Below are positions 36,711 to 49,029 of a stretch of 64,000 nucleotides of DNA, in pieces (the first letter of the stretch is position 1; every line of letters starts with the position of its first letter). The position numbers and the translations under genes are program-made. Source of the stretch: Callorhinchus milii (lineage: Eukaryota); contig NW_024704742.1 in NCBI RefSeq assembly GCF_018977255.1, positions 45,448,001 through 45,512,000 of the forward strand. Direction: 5' to 3'. The notes under the pieces are model-generated. The model was not told where the DNA came from, ran no database searches, and saw only the letters and a program-made list of their open reading frames with translations.

Positions 36711-38074
36711 AAGACTGGTAGCCTAAATTGGTGGGTGGGTGGGGGAGGGGGTCTGCAGGGGAGGGAAGAAAAGGCTGTGGTTTCAAAGGCTGAGTGAGGG
36801 GTGGGTGAGAGGGGGAGACTCAGATGAAGGCAAAATATATGAAACTAAAATAAAAGGAGTCCAACATCTGTAAGGAGTGATCAGATTTGATTTTTTTTCA
36901 TTGAAGTTTCCTATCATCCTTATTGTTCAGGAGCTACCACCTGCCTGTTCACACTATGTTTTTACTTTGACTACCCAGGTGATTGTCATGACAGTAACCT
37001 TTGCTGTTCAGTGAGTGACAATAGGATAAGTTTTCCTAGTATTTTTGCTAGGTGGTGAACTTCCTCCCCATCTGCATTTACCTTTTCTTACACCAAACGG
37101 AATCGCGAGGTGAACTTGAAATAGCAGGCGATTCATTACCAGGCTCTGGTTTGTACGAACCGCAGGAGCCTTTGGTGTCAAATGGAAGTAATGCCAGAAA
37201 CCTCAACTGTTTGTTCACAGAAAGCAAACCAGTTGATATACAAGATTGTTTAAGGATTCAGTAATCAAATGCTTCCAACCTGTGTCCCTGTTTAATTATA
37301 CAGAACTCATTGCCCTCTCTCGGGGATATCAATGAGAGCCTTTGAGAAGATGGTCTTTAACATTATCCGAAGCAACATTGAGCAACAGTTTCTAACACAA
37401 GACAAGCTTTGAAAAGGATCATCTGTTCCAGTAATCCTCTGTTGTTGTCTCTTGAGCCAGTTCAATGGCTTCATTTTCCAACCATATTACACAGTAATGT
37501 ATTGCTGTCTTGGTTAAGAATATAATTGTTTTTGACAGAACACTTTAAGCATTTCTTGCTTCCCCATATGTAGAGTCAAGGGTTTTTTCCCCTGGTCTTG
37601 ACATAAAGATACTAAATGTCAGCCAATTAGATGCTTAACACAGTCAACAATGTTTGGAGTGGAGTTTAGAACATTTTTCCAATCATAGTTTTTGAACAGA
37701 TCTGGTGTGGGTCGATTTTGCTTTGAAATATTAAAAAGTCAACACATTGACAATTGACAAATATAAAGATTATCAATAAATAGATAATTATTAAAGGTCA
37801 GAGAACTAGATGCTTCAGACAGGCATTACAGGAGTTTTTGTATGCACTAACTCTAGTACATTTGGAGACACTTAGAAGGAAGTTGAAGTCAACAAAATGT
37901 ACATACATTGAAAATAGCATACAAGAAATGGGAGTGAGATACTGTAACAACATTTTACTGGAGTGATTGGAAAAGTGGCCTTACTTTACGAGTCAGATAG
38001 AATTAAATTTGAAATATTTTAGAAGTGTCCAGATAAAATTTCTGACACTCAGAATAGTCGGTTTATTTCTTAAC

Positions 38075-38408
38075 CAAGACAGCAATATCAATGGCACTCT
38101 CTGCGGTTTCAGCTGGTTAAACTCCAGGAGTAACCCCAACGCACACTCTGGGGTCCCCAAGCCTTGGCTTCTGCCAACCTGTCCCTAATGCTTTCCAGAA
38201 TTCGGTAAACAGGATGCAGCCCTCCAGGGAGAGAGGGCGCATTCCATTCCAAAAATCTATTCCAACAATTCCAATAAATTCCAACAATTTATCTGTGGGA
38301 TTTCCATGTGTAGGTGGGTGGCATGAAAATCTCAGCTTGATTTGGATACTCTTAAGCACGGTGATGGGTTTCAGCATGTGTCAGACACCCCGCTGACCAA
38401 AACAAAAG
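38075..38408 (+). mobile_element. Rep-A 3' end copy
   Basis: Reverse complement of 5905-6200; ends GTGTCAGACACCCCGCTGACCAAAACAAAA. Confidence 0.85.
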
Positions 38409-40414
38409 GAGCTTATTTTTGTGTCCATGTGTGGTAATGCTTTTCCCATAAGGGATGTGAGCAATACAGCAGTTTCTGTGATCTGAATTTACATCTCTGA
38501 GCTCCATTTAAGGTTAGCAGCAGGAAATGTGTCAGCATTCTGACTGAATCAGTAATCATAGGTTAACTTATGCTATCTCTGACCTGCCACAACCCTGTCC
38601 CTGGTTACCATTAAATGTGCCCCAGTTCAAACAAAGGGAACAAGACCCACTTAACACAGAGAATGATTTAACACTGGCCTGTCAGAGAAAATTTCTTCCA
38701 CCTCAATAATTTTAAAAGCTAAAGTTGCTTGATTGTCTGCCGATTCCTTTGTCGGCCTTCTTGTTCACTTAGGAGAAACGGCAGACCAGTTATTTCCAAC
38801 TCATATAACTCAAATGGAAATAAAAGTGTGACTGCATTCACCTCACCAGAAGGCAGAACTGTTAGTTATTACTGGAGCTCAGCAGGGGGTTGACATATGC
38901 ATTCAGTGAGGACAAAGCAGGTATGTCAGCATAAAAAAACAAATGCTGTCAAAATACAAGATGTTTCAATCACATGCATAAATGCTTGTAAATTGAGTGA
39001 ATTGTTGGAAACTAACTATGAGTAACATTGGTGCAGTGCAATATTTTACTAGAAGTTGTCAAAACACAGAAACTAGCAAATACGCAAAAACAGTTCAAGA
39101 ACACATATATATTTTTCAGGATTTGTATTGGTACCAAGTAATGAGACATAATTGTAGAGCATTTTTGGCTACATAACAAAGTGCTGTTTATCTGGAGCAG
39201 CATAGGTTTTTTGTGATGAAGCAATCCAGTACCTACCACAGTGTTGTCAATAGCTACAATACCAAAAGAGCAAGAGAGAGACACATCTCACCACATGCTT
39301 GGGACCGGAATCTGAAAATCAAGTCAGAGCATCACAATGTTTCACTTGCCTACGCTCAAAACTGTTAAAACCAAAAGTTTTTTTTTAAAATTTAACATTG
39401 TGTAGAATTTTGGAAAACAGGCATAAGTTCAGTCTTAATTTTAAAGCCAATTCTCCCCAGTTCCTTTAAGATCATCCAGTTTTATGGCTGAGGAATTTTA
39501 AACCCTTGAATTTCAATGAAAGAAATGATAGAAATGTAAGTGATGCACTTATCTGCACTTATACATGGCATTGCAAGTATGGCTGATGATATGAAGTACA
39601 TAATGTAACATTTGTAGAGTATATGCCCTTTTAGCGCTGAGCTAGTTCAAACCAGAAGTAATTTAAGTTGCCTGCCTGCACATTTTTTTAATCACAACTG
39701 TTTTGGACAGTTTTAAGGAGTTTCTTCCAAATGAACCTATTCAACAATTTTGTCTTCACTTTTTATCGTTTCTACTCTAAAAGGGAAAACTCCTGCTGGC
39801 ATATGGTTTTACAAGTGCCATTATTCTCCAGCGCGTTGCCAAAGTGACCCATTTTTATGTGTGAGCCCAGACAATGAGTCTTGGCAGGCTATTCAATTGT
39901 GCAGGAACATTGCAGCTGAACTCAATCCTATCCTTAACACATTTCTCTGGATTGTGATAATGAGTATCAGCTTTAGCCAAATTTTCTCTTCTGTGACTCT
40001 TCTGTGAGACTAATTGCAGTCCCCTTCCCTCCTCACCCTCCCTCCTCCGCCATATCTCTGGAGTCAGAAGAATTTCCTTAAATGTTTGCTCAATTATCTT
40101 CGGGAATTAAAAAAGTATTTTTTTCAAAATTTCTCATATGATAGTATTCGTGAATGGATTGTAGGTTATATTTAATCGATGGAAGGAATGGGCTTGATAC
40201 TGAATAGTCTTTACACTGCTTTCTTGTGAAATCTTAATCCAAATCAGAAATATGTTTTCAGCCAAAATTATGAAATACTTCAAGCACATCTTCTGTGTTA
40301 TACCTGCCAAGTGAATTTCTGCATGTTGCTTCACAGTGGTCTGTGAAACTGATGCGTGTAATGTATGGCTTATCAAGTATCGCTTGAAACATTCATCCTA
40401 CGTGAAAGATACTA

Positions 40415-40690
40415 TACAATACAATTTACATGTATACAGTGCTTTTTATGTTAGAAGGATGTCTCCAAGCACTTCACACCATCAGCTGGGCTTTCGAGCT
40501 GAGGAGTGGGAGCTGAAGAGGGTGGGGAGGGGTCATGGGAGAAAGCATGGTCAAAGAGATTAGTGTTGAGGCGCATTTTGGAAGGCAAGAGGGAGGGGGC
40601 GAGTTGGAGAGACTCTGGGATGGAGTTCCAGAGAGTGGGGGTAGAATGGTTAAAAGTTTGCTGCCAAAGGTGGGGCAGTGAAGGTGGAGG
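40415..40690 (-). mobile_element. L2 3' end
   Basis: (TACAA)n tail; GCATGGTCAAAGAG...GGGATGGAGTTCCAGAG. Confidence 0.82.
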
Positions 40691-40809
40691 AAATGAAGTG
40701 ATACAGTATAAGTGTAAGTTGTTATTGCAATGGCTAGTCCAGTGTAGGATTCAAAGGATTTTTACAAATCTATTGAAATTCTGGGGGAAATCATGGCTAA
40801 CAATCCTTC

Positions 40810-40985
40810 AGATAATTTGGTCGTTCACTTCATGGCTGTTTGCAGCAAGTTGCTTTGTGTAAATTGGCTGCTGCTTTTCCTACAAATACACAGTCACTAC
40901 ACAAAGTAGCAATTATCTGTGAAATACTTTAAATGTTTTAGCATTATAGAAACAACATCAAATGCAAGCATTATTCATTTATTAT
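40810..40985 (+). mobile_element. DeuSINE 3' remnant
   Basis: CATGGCTGTTTG...GTGTAAATTGGCTGCTGCTTTTCCTACA. Confidence 0.65.
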
Positions 40986-41324
40986 TTCCCTACATTATAT
41001 TATCATCGAAACATGCTGTTTTTTACTGAAAGAATGATTTAAATATCATAAATAAGAAGTGTACACATTGGGATTTTGCTATGTAATATCCTTACATAAA
41101 GTTATATCAGTATTCCCAAGACCAAGATAAGAAAACTGACTTTATTGTCATTTTCCAGTCTTTTACCTGCTATGGGGAACTTTGACCAAGGGCAGAGTTC
41201 TTGACCAAGGGCAGGATTTTACGCTGGTGGTAATCAAGCAAGCAACACATTTCCGTTATTCCTTAACTTTTCTTTCTCATACTCAACACAAAGACCACTT
41301 TAAGGAACACTGCAAATTTTTCCC

Positions 41325-41535
41325 TTAGGATCTGTTTTTTGTAAACAAATGTAACAGTCATTTGCACCAGCAAGATTCCAAAACCCTCCATGAGATAAAT
41401 GACCAATTTATCTGGAGGATTGTTGGCCAGGCACCAAAGAAGTCCTTTCTTGTTTGAACACTTTCAAATTCACCTGAACATGTAGACAATACTTCATTTT
41501 AATATCTCATGTGAAAAACAGCACCTCGGCAAAGC
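41325..41535 (-). mobile_element. SINE-B remnant
   Basis: GAGGATTGTTGGCCAGGCACC...TTCACCTGAACA...CAGCACCTC antisense pattern. Confidence 0.55.
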
Positions 41536-41904
41536 AGCCAAGCTCCCTATTAACCAAACACCTAAGGACAAATTCCTTAATGGTTACCTAATTGCAAAGA
41601 GTATTAATTACAAGTTTGTAAGAGCTAAAGCTTTGGGTTCCAAGGACATGCTCGCATTTGATATAGCCCCTTTCATGTAAAGAGACGCAAAGTGTTTCAC
41701 AGGGTTCACTGGAATGTGTATTGACTATGTATGTTTTAGGTGAGCAATCGCTCCCAATTCAAGAACTATCACATTCGCATAGATGGAACTGTTCCAGTTC
41801 AAGATATGCCACATTAATGTAAAGAGGCCTGTAGAAACTCAGGATCTACAGTGGGTTCTAAAATGGCTCTTATCTATTGCCATCACTGGCGATTAAAACA
41901 ACAG

Positions 41905-42036
41905 CACCTTCATGTAAATATTTTCTCCATGGAAACTCTTGTATGACACATAACAGCCCTGATAAGATATTAAGCTCTCGCAACATACGTCATAGAGAAG
42001 TTTCCATGGAGAAATACAACATTTACTTTGGAGGTG
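41905..42036. repeat. Imperfect palindrome / MITE-like hairpin (~130 bp)
   Basis: CACCTTCATGTAAATATTTTCTCCATGGAAACTCTTGTATGAC pairs with GTCATAGAGAAGTTTCCATGGAGAAATACAACATTTACTTTGGAGGTG; ~41-bp loop. Confidence 0.8.
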
Positions 42037-42204
42037 TCTTTCTTGGGGACTACACCGGAGTGACACAGGTGGAGTAATGTTTAGTTCTCATTGTTGTAGG
42101 TAGGGCTTTGACAGCAATGGACCGACCATAAACATTTGTTCCCCCTAGAGCCGCTTTAAATTCAGGGCACACTGCATACTTCAGCACAGTAACAATGTTT
42201 TCAG

Positions 42205-42347
42205 ATTTCAGCAGCTGTCATGTGTATCAATAAAGCAAGTGGTTGCCAAAACTTCCCATCCTCTCTTGATACAAAGCCGCTTTCAAAATTAAAGGACTAC
42301 CGCATGCTACGGAGTGCACGAAGCCATCAATCTCGAAAAAAAGAATT
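42205..42347 (+). CDS. Candidate coding exon of an unidentified host gene: (ISAAV)MCINKASGCQNFPSSLDTKPLSKLKDYRMLRSARSHQSRKKE
   Basis: TTTTCAG acceptor ending 42204, ATG at 42220, one frame open throughout, GTAAGT donor at 42348, local CpG retention; no partner exon found. Confidence 0.3.
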
Positions 42348-43754
42348 GTAAGTGTATTGTATGGGAAGTAAATCAATCATAAGTTAAAGATTTAGGAGCT
42401 GAAGTAATATTCATTATATAAAACTGGACTCCACAGGGTGACGTGTGTCAGCAATGACCTCGGAACAAATATAATACAGCAGACAATAAGTTGATTGTTG
42501 TTATTTTGCTGTATTTTATGAAACAGTGGAATGGAATGAAAAATGACAATGCTGTACTGTGGCTCAGGTGTCTTAGCAGCTTCAGCCCATTGATTCACTC
42601 CACAGTGACACAGGTTTAAATGGGTGCTTACCCTGATAAAGTGAGGCTAACTGTTGGAGGTGTTAAAATTACACGAAAAATCAAAAGTTCTCCAGTTCAG
42701 ATACAGTGGCTGATACACAATTGGCACAGCAATGGCAATAATGTGAACACCAGAGATGTTTTGATAAATTATTCAGCAGCATAGATATAAAGTTATTTTT
42801 TTTACTTGAAATAATGGGTCATTGCGACCAATTAATCTTTTAAAATTCTTTCCTGTGCTATTCCTAAGTGGAAGAATATCACAAACCAGCATAAATCCCT
42901 CAAATAAGCACACTTGTACAATCTTAAATGAGCTGCTCCCACTACATTAATTAACCCAATTCTACTTCTGCTTTGCACCATACTAGATTTCCCTGACAAC
43001 AGCTGTACCGCCCAACAACCACCCTATCTGTAGCCTGACCATATAGTATGATGTCACCCTCCAGTCTTCCACCTTCCATCCCAGTAAGTACACACTTAAA
43101 ATGATTCTTCTCCCCATTTAAACGTCAAGAAATCCCTCAAAATGAACACATTAGTAATCCATTCCCATATGTTTCAAGGTTAAAATATGGAAAACATTTA
43201 CCACATCAATGGCTTGTAATAGTTGTTTGTTTCTTATGACTTGCATTGGTTATTAGTTCCTGAAATACTTTTTCATATCACATCTGAATCATGAAAGTGG
43301 GGATATCCCCACTTCCTATTATCATTGATATCATTACTGGTGATCATACCACATGCCGCATTTTTCCTAATATGTTTTGTGGCTGATTATCTTTAGAATC
43401 ATGTCTACCTCTGACCTACGTTATCTGCACAGTGTCAATAAGCTTGAGAGGGTCACTTTCGTATTCTGATATGGCAAGTCAAGGAGAAAAAAATATATTT
43501 TTATCAAAATTGTAATGATATATTCAATTTATATTCATAATAATCATGTATTTAATATAAAGCCTTATCACAGCATTGAGACGTCTCAAAGGATTTCACA
43601 GGATTTTAAGGGAAGTCAGCGACTGTGTTTATAGGCATATGATAAATGTTAATATGTCAGTTTTTTTTGTGATTGAGTTACAGAATGATGCAAATAGCAA
43701 TTTCTATTCCTTAATAATAGAGCGTGCTCTTCCTTTCAATATCTCAGGATTAAA

Positions 43755-43915
43755 GGGGAGGGTCTCAAAACCCTCCTCTTCGACCGAGTCTTTGGCCATC
43801 CTCCTACCCTCCCCGATCCCGACCCCCAACTCGGGTCCAAATCCCTGACTGTCCATTGCCTTGGGACGTCCTCCTGATGTGAAAGGCGCTTTACAAATGT
43901 CATTTTGTATTGTAT
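43755..43915 (+). mobile_element. L2 3' terminal fragment
   Basis: GTCTCAAAACCCTCCTCTTCGACC...GCCTTGGGACGTCCTCCTGATGTGAAAGGCGCTTTACAAATG. Confidence 0.88.
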
Positions 43916-44081
43916 TGAGTAGAGCCCTCATTCTTTCTCAGAATCGATTTATATGTGAAAAAAAAGAAAGCAAACCAAAAATCAACTGATCCTGGTGAGA
44001 TCAGGTTTCATTATCCTCCAACCTCCTCTTTGATGTGAGAAACAAATTGCTGAAAGATTATATATGAAAAATTGTTATAAT

Positions 44082-44235
44082 GATAATAATAATCCTTGCA
44101 TTTTATATACCACCTTTCACGTCGGGAGGATGTCTCAAAGCATCACAGAAGCATCACAGGTTTTACTGTAATGAATAGTGACTGTGTATTTTGTAGGCAA
44201 ATACAGCAGACAATTTGCACATGATAATGTATGAA
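44082..44235 (-). mobile_element. SINE 3' fragment
   Basis: (TAA)n, CCTTTCACGTCGGGAGGATGTCTCAAAG. Confidence 0.8.
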
Positions 44236-44369
44236 TGATAACATATTCCCTATGTATTATTGATTACTGATCAATTTTCCCAAATCAACAACATTTATGA
44301 TTGCAATCCCCTCTCCCACCCCACAAAAGAAAACCATGTTCGAGTGAAATAATTTTATTTAGTCTAAAT

Positions 44370-44660
44370 AAAATTGGTCATACACGTCATGGCTGTTTGT
44401 AAGATATTGCTGTGCGCAAATTGGCTGTCGTGTTTAGCCACTAAACGTACAGTCACTCCACTTTACAGTATATTCTGTGAAGCACTTTGAGACTTCTCGA
44501 AGATATGATAAGGCGCTGTATGAAATGTAACCATAATTATTATATCCTGTGAAGTGCTTTGGGGTGTCCGCCTGACATGAAAGGTGTGATTTGTTACATG
44601 GTTACATGTTGTCCTCCTGACGTAAAAGACACTATACCAAATATGAGGATTATTATTACT
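44370..44660 (+). mobile_element. SINE-A 3' part followed by stuttered extra tail copies
   Basis: Deu-like domain, then three tail-like units (44475-44540, 44548-44600, 44610-44660). Confidence 0.8.
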
Positions 44661-45029
44661 TATTTATATGCCAAAACAATGAGAATTTCAATTGTACCCA
44701 TGTTGTTAAGACAGCTGTGCTGTTTGTTGAAACATAATAACAGTGCAATTCATTGTTCTGTGAGTGGAAAACTGATGACGGTATGATTTATTTGAACTGT
44801 CTCGATGAGAACTGGAACTTTAGTTTTCTTATTTTTTCAGATGCTCTTTGGATTTAGTGCAATTTTTTCCTTATTCAATAAACAATTATATATCAAAGTC
44901 ATCACACTTTGAGGTCTACCGCAGTAAGCAAAATGAATAGAAATGATTTTCATTTGCATGATTCAGCCTTCACTCATACTTTTCCTTAATTTTTAGAATC
45001 TCATTTTATTACCAGAATGTGTAGTCCCT

Positions 45030-45250
45030 GTGGTATGTATGTATAGGTGTTTTTATATGTGGTGTGACAGGATGTGTGTTTGTGTGTTGAGATACATGTG
45101 TGAAGGGTGCTATTTAAATGCAATTTGTGTATCCTGTGTTCAATGTATGGGTGGTGTGATGTATGTGATGAGTCTGGCTTGTGTGTATGGTTTGAATATG
45201 GTGTCTGTGTAAGATGTGTGTGTGCACAGTGTGTATATGTGTGCATTGTC
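45030..45250. repeat. Degenerate (GT)-rich low-complexity tract
   Basis: Dense TG dinucleotides; source of the spurious His/Thr- and Cys/Val-rich ORFs. Confidence 0.8.
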
Positions 45251-45369
45251 TTGTTAGATCGATGCAATGTGTATTGGGCAGCATGTGGTTTGTATACAAC
45301 AGCAGCCCGCATCTTCAGGCAGATAGCATATCAGATTGCTTAACAGCAATGTGACTTGATGCCAAGCTG

Positions 45370-45770
45370 GTAAAAGGGGGAGGTGACCTAAGGCATGGTC
45401 GAAGAGGAAACATTTTCATGTGTGACTTAAAGATGGCCAGGAATTTAAGACAAGGAGTTCCACCGAATAGGGGTATAATGGCTGAAAGCATGGCCACCAA
45501 TCGTGCAGTGAAAGGGATGAGGAACGTAAAATACAGAAGAGCTGAGCCAGCTCAGCAAAGGCGACGAGTAGAGGAGTGGGATGTGAGCAGCTCAGAAAGG
45601 TAGGGAGGTGCCATGACATGAAGAGATTTGAAAGTGAGGATATTGAAATCAATCCCTTTGGCAACAGGGAACCCAGCGAGAACTGATAATGGAGATGTGG
45701 ATACTGGTATGGGTGAGGACATAGGTGATGGAATTTTGAATCATTTGTTTGCAGTTTGCATGTGTGGTCT
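45370..45770 (-). mobile_element. L2 3' fragment, diverged
   Basis: GGCATGGTCGAAGAGGAAA...GGAGTTCCACC...TTGAAAGTGAGGATATTGAAATCAATCC. Confidence 0.78.
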
Positions 45771-46039
45771 ATGGGGTGTACATCTGCCAATGTTCAACTC
45801 ATTGAAAATCTAATTTATGTAGCGCCCTTCACCTAAAATTATGTCTTGGAGCGCTTTACATTGGCGGAGTTGAACTAATTATACACAAAGAAATAATTGT
45901 ATGTACCTATTTTTAAATGAATAATCTTACATGAAATTAATATTAACCTATCCCTAAGTATTTAGTTTGGGAATTTTATTTTTGTAAGTTCAACCATACC
46001 AAATAGCAGAAACAAGCCAAAATTTGATAGACACCAAGT

Positions 46040-46460
46040 CAAAATTTACCGGAACTTTTTTTNAACATTGGAAAAGGATCAGAAAAGGTCTTCGATGTCC
46101 AGCTGGCTCCAGTTAAAAAAAGCTTCTCTATCCCTCAATTGATTTCTTTGCCAAATAGCTTTTCAATTCTCTTGAATTTGCTGATACACCTTTACTCTAC
46201 CTTTTCCCTGAGTAGACCATTTTATAAAGCCTCTGAAAAATAATTAAATTTAGCCTATCTGTTCATTATCTTCCCTCTTCTGAGCTTGAGACTGAATGCA
46301 ACAAAGTCCTTATTGTAATATGGTAATCAGAAGTATGCGTAGTATTCCAGTGTTGTGTAGAGTACAAGTTCAATATCACTTCCTGTGACTTATGGCCTAT
46401 CTGTTCAGTGAAATGTCTCACTCTTTTTTAACCCTTTCTCCTATTTGTGTTAGTATTCTC
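46040..46460 (-). mobile_element. CR1 3' fragments, diverged
   Basis: TTTTCAATTCTCTTGAAT...AGACCATTTT; GTAGTATTCCAGTG (LEY-like) antisense motifs. Confidence 0.5.
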
Positions 46461-46534
46461 TCTTCTGAAAGGCTTGTTGAACAATTAATTCACTTTCCTT
46501 TATGAATCACCCCATGTAGTAATATTTACAGTAT

Positions 46535-46685
46535 TTTATTTAAATAAAATGTTTTTCATTGTTTGGATGTACAGCTGACAATGTATGTTTTTTGCAGCTT
46601 TCATTGATCCAACAGGGTCTAATACCCATTTCAAATGAAATTAGGAGTCAGTACAGAGTGTTCTGCTCCATTAGCAATAGAATAA
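46535..46685 (+). repeat. Local duplication copy 1 (partner 49030-49205)
   Basis: 38-bp exact match TTTGCAGCTTTCATTGATCCAACAGGGTCTAATACCCA at 46591-46628 and 49104-49141, with alignable flanks. Confidence 0.88.
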
Positions 46686-47289
46686 TGATTGAGCTGAATA
46701 TAGCGCTGCACATGCACGAGAAGTTGACATCAATATCTTAGTGAAGTGACAGGTGCTGCACAAAAGAAGTAATGTTAGCAGCACGTCCTGTGCATTAGTG
46801 TGCGAGCACATAACAAACTCTCTTCAATTGGAGTCCACATCGATTTAGATGGATAATCTGCAGCAGGAAACTGGTGCACACTCTGGGGTATTAAACCCTT
46901 CGCTCTTGCGAATCTGCCCCAGAAGTGGCCAACATTATGTAAGCAGGGTGTATACGTCTGGGGAGAAAGTAGACACTCCACACCAGACAAAAGAAACTAC
47001 ATGTGTGGAACTCTTGCTAAGTATGAGTTAGTATGCACACACAGAGGTATTCTGAAGTGAAGAAGCAAAGGAACCATGGTTGAAGTTCCTCTCTCTAACC
47101 TGTGACGAATTGTTTGCTCCAGTACCAACCAGACAAAGATCTTTCCCCTGAACTGTGGTTCATTGTTAATATTTAGTATTCAGTTGAAGGGAATTCACTA
47201 TCTCTAGTTAACAATATTTCCCAAAAAGCAGTGTTACAGCCTTCCCTTTGCGTTTGTGCTTGACTCCATATCCTCAATACCTTGTAACC

Positions 47290-48035
47290 AAAGCTAAATG
47301 GGGTAGAGGAGCAAAGGGACCTAAGGGTACACATACACAATTCACTAAAAGTAGCAACCCAGGTTAATAAGGCCATTAAAAAAAGCAAACCGGGCATTGG
47401 GGTTCATTTCTAGAGGGATAGAAATGAAAAGCCGGGAAGTTATGGTAAACTACTATAGAACGTTGGTTAAACCACACTTAGAATACTGTGGGCAGTTCTG
47501 GTCCCCACATTATAGAAGAGATGTAGAGGCACTGGAGAGGGTGCAAAAGAGATTCACAAGTGTGATCCCAGAACTGAGAGGTTGTACCTATCAGGAAAGG
47601 CTGAACATGCTTGGACTCTTTTCTCTGGCAAAGAGGTGGGTAAGGGGTGACCTGATAGAGGTCTTTAAAATTATGCAAGCTTTTAATAGGTTAGACAGAC
47701 ATAGGGAAGATGTTTCCACTTGTGGGGAAGACCAAAACCAGGGGCCATCAATATAAAATAGTGACAACTAGATAAAATAGAGAAGTTAGAGGAAATTTCT
47801 TCACACAGAGAATAATGGGAATGAGGAACTTGCTACCACAAGGAGTTGTTGAGGCAAATAGCATATATATATTTAAGGGAAAGCTAGATAGGTACATGAG
47901 GGAGAAAGGAATAGAAGGTTATGCTTGAAGGCTCAGTTAGGGAAAGGGCAGGAGGCTCATGTGGAGCATAAACACCGGCATAGATCAGTTGGGCCGAATG
48001 GCCTGTTTCTGTGCTGTATATTCTAATGTATTCTA
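47290..48035 (+). mobile_element. CR1 LINE 3' end (ORF2 C-terminus + 3' UTR), relatively young
   Basis: EQRDLRVHIH...GFISRGIEMKSREVMVNYYRTLVKPHLEYCGQFWSPHYRRDVEALERVQKRFT...RGDLIEVFKIM; ends GGGCCGAATGGCCTGTTTCTGTGCTGTATATTCTA. Confidence 0.96.
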
Positions 48036-48619
48036 CAATGATGGTAAGTGTGAGGCTGGGTTGAACTAAACAGATGATAAATCCAAAATAAACCTGTTTA
48101 TTTCAGCTTCACCTCACAGCAACAGAAGAATTAATGAAAATAATGGGGAACATTTGAAATAATCATATTTAATATAGAATTAAGATAAAATAAACCAGTG
48201 TTTATGGATCAAAGAATTCGAAGTAGTGTTCTGGGTGACACTGATGTCTGCTCTTGCTGACAGACTTGGTTTTTCAGATCTATTCTATTTGGAAGATTTG
48301 TGGCCAACGTTACTTAAATAATGCTCCTGTGTGTTTCAAGAAAGCAACAAGAGAGAAGCATTGATTGCAGATTTGTAGATAAAAAGGAGCTCAGGGAGAG
48401 GTTTGCTCTTGTGTGGCTTAATAAAATGTGATATAGATCCTTAGAAATGTTATGTCTCTTAGTAGATGAAACCCTAAACAGAAAATGATTCAGCGCAACA
48501 TGAGTCAAACATTCCGAAAAAGATTTTGTGTAATCTTCAACCCCAACAACAGATAAATAGGGTGCTGTGCTATGGAAATCTGTTACTGGGTCTAACTTGC
48601 TTTCATACTCAAAAAGGCA

Positions 48620-48928
48620 AGGTGAAATGTTGGGCAAGTTTCCTTATTCCACACGTCTCTGTTTACTAGTAGTGCGTAGGAACCCGGTTGTTAGTCGATT
48701 GGCGGATAGCTTTTACGGGGGTAATAATTCCTTCAAAACAAAATAATAATAATAAATTGGTTACTTCAATCCACGACCGTCTGGGGTACGCTGCTGTGCC
48801 TAACTGTCTGCCACATTTCGCCCACAAAATATAGTCAATTCACTTTACAGTATATTCTGTGAAGCGCTTTGAGACATCTCGAAGACATAAGGCACTATAT
48901 CAAATGCAAGAATTATTATATTATTATT
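48620..48928 (+). mobile_element. SINE-A (long variant) lacking most of its tRNA head
   Basis: TTGGGCAAGTTTCCTTATTCCACACG...GTAGGAACCCGGTTGTTAGTCGATTGG...(TTA)n. Confidence 0.9.
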
Positions 48929-49029
48929 ACTCTATACAGTCCTGAAATGTGATGTTATTTGCCAGCTTGGTGAGCAATTGATTTATTTTGGTTGACAAAT
49001 CACCCTGCGTAATAATATTTGCTGTGTTT

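Noticed and set aside
42220..42347. Recalled resemblance of the candidate exon (ASGC...YRMxRxxxxHQ) to a STARD13 N-terminus
   Set aside because: Few identities, different spacing and a splice phase that appears incompatible; not enough to assign a gene symbol
45001..45343. His/Thr- and Cys/Val-rich ORFs
   Set aside because: Translation of (GT)-rich low-complexity DNA
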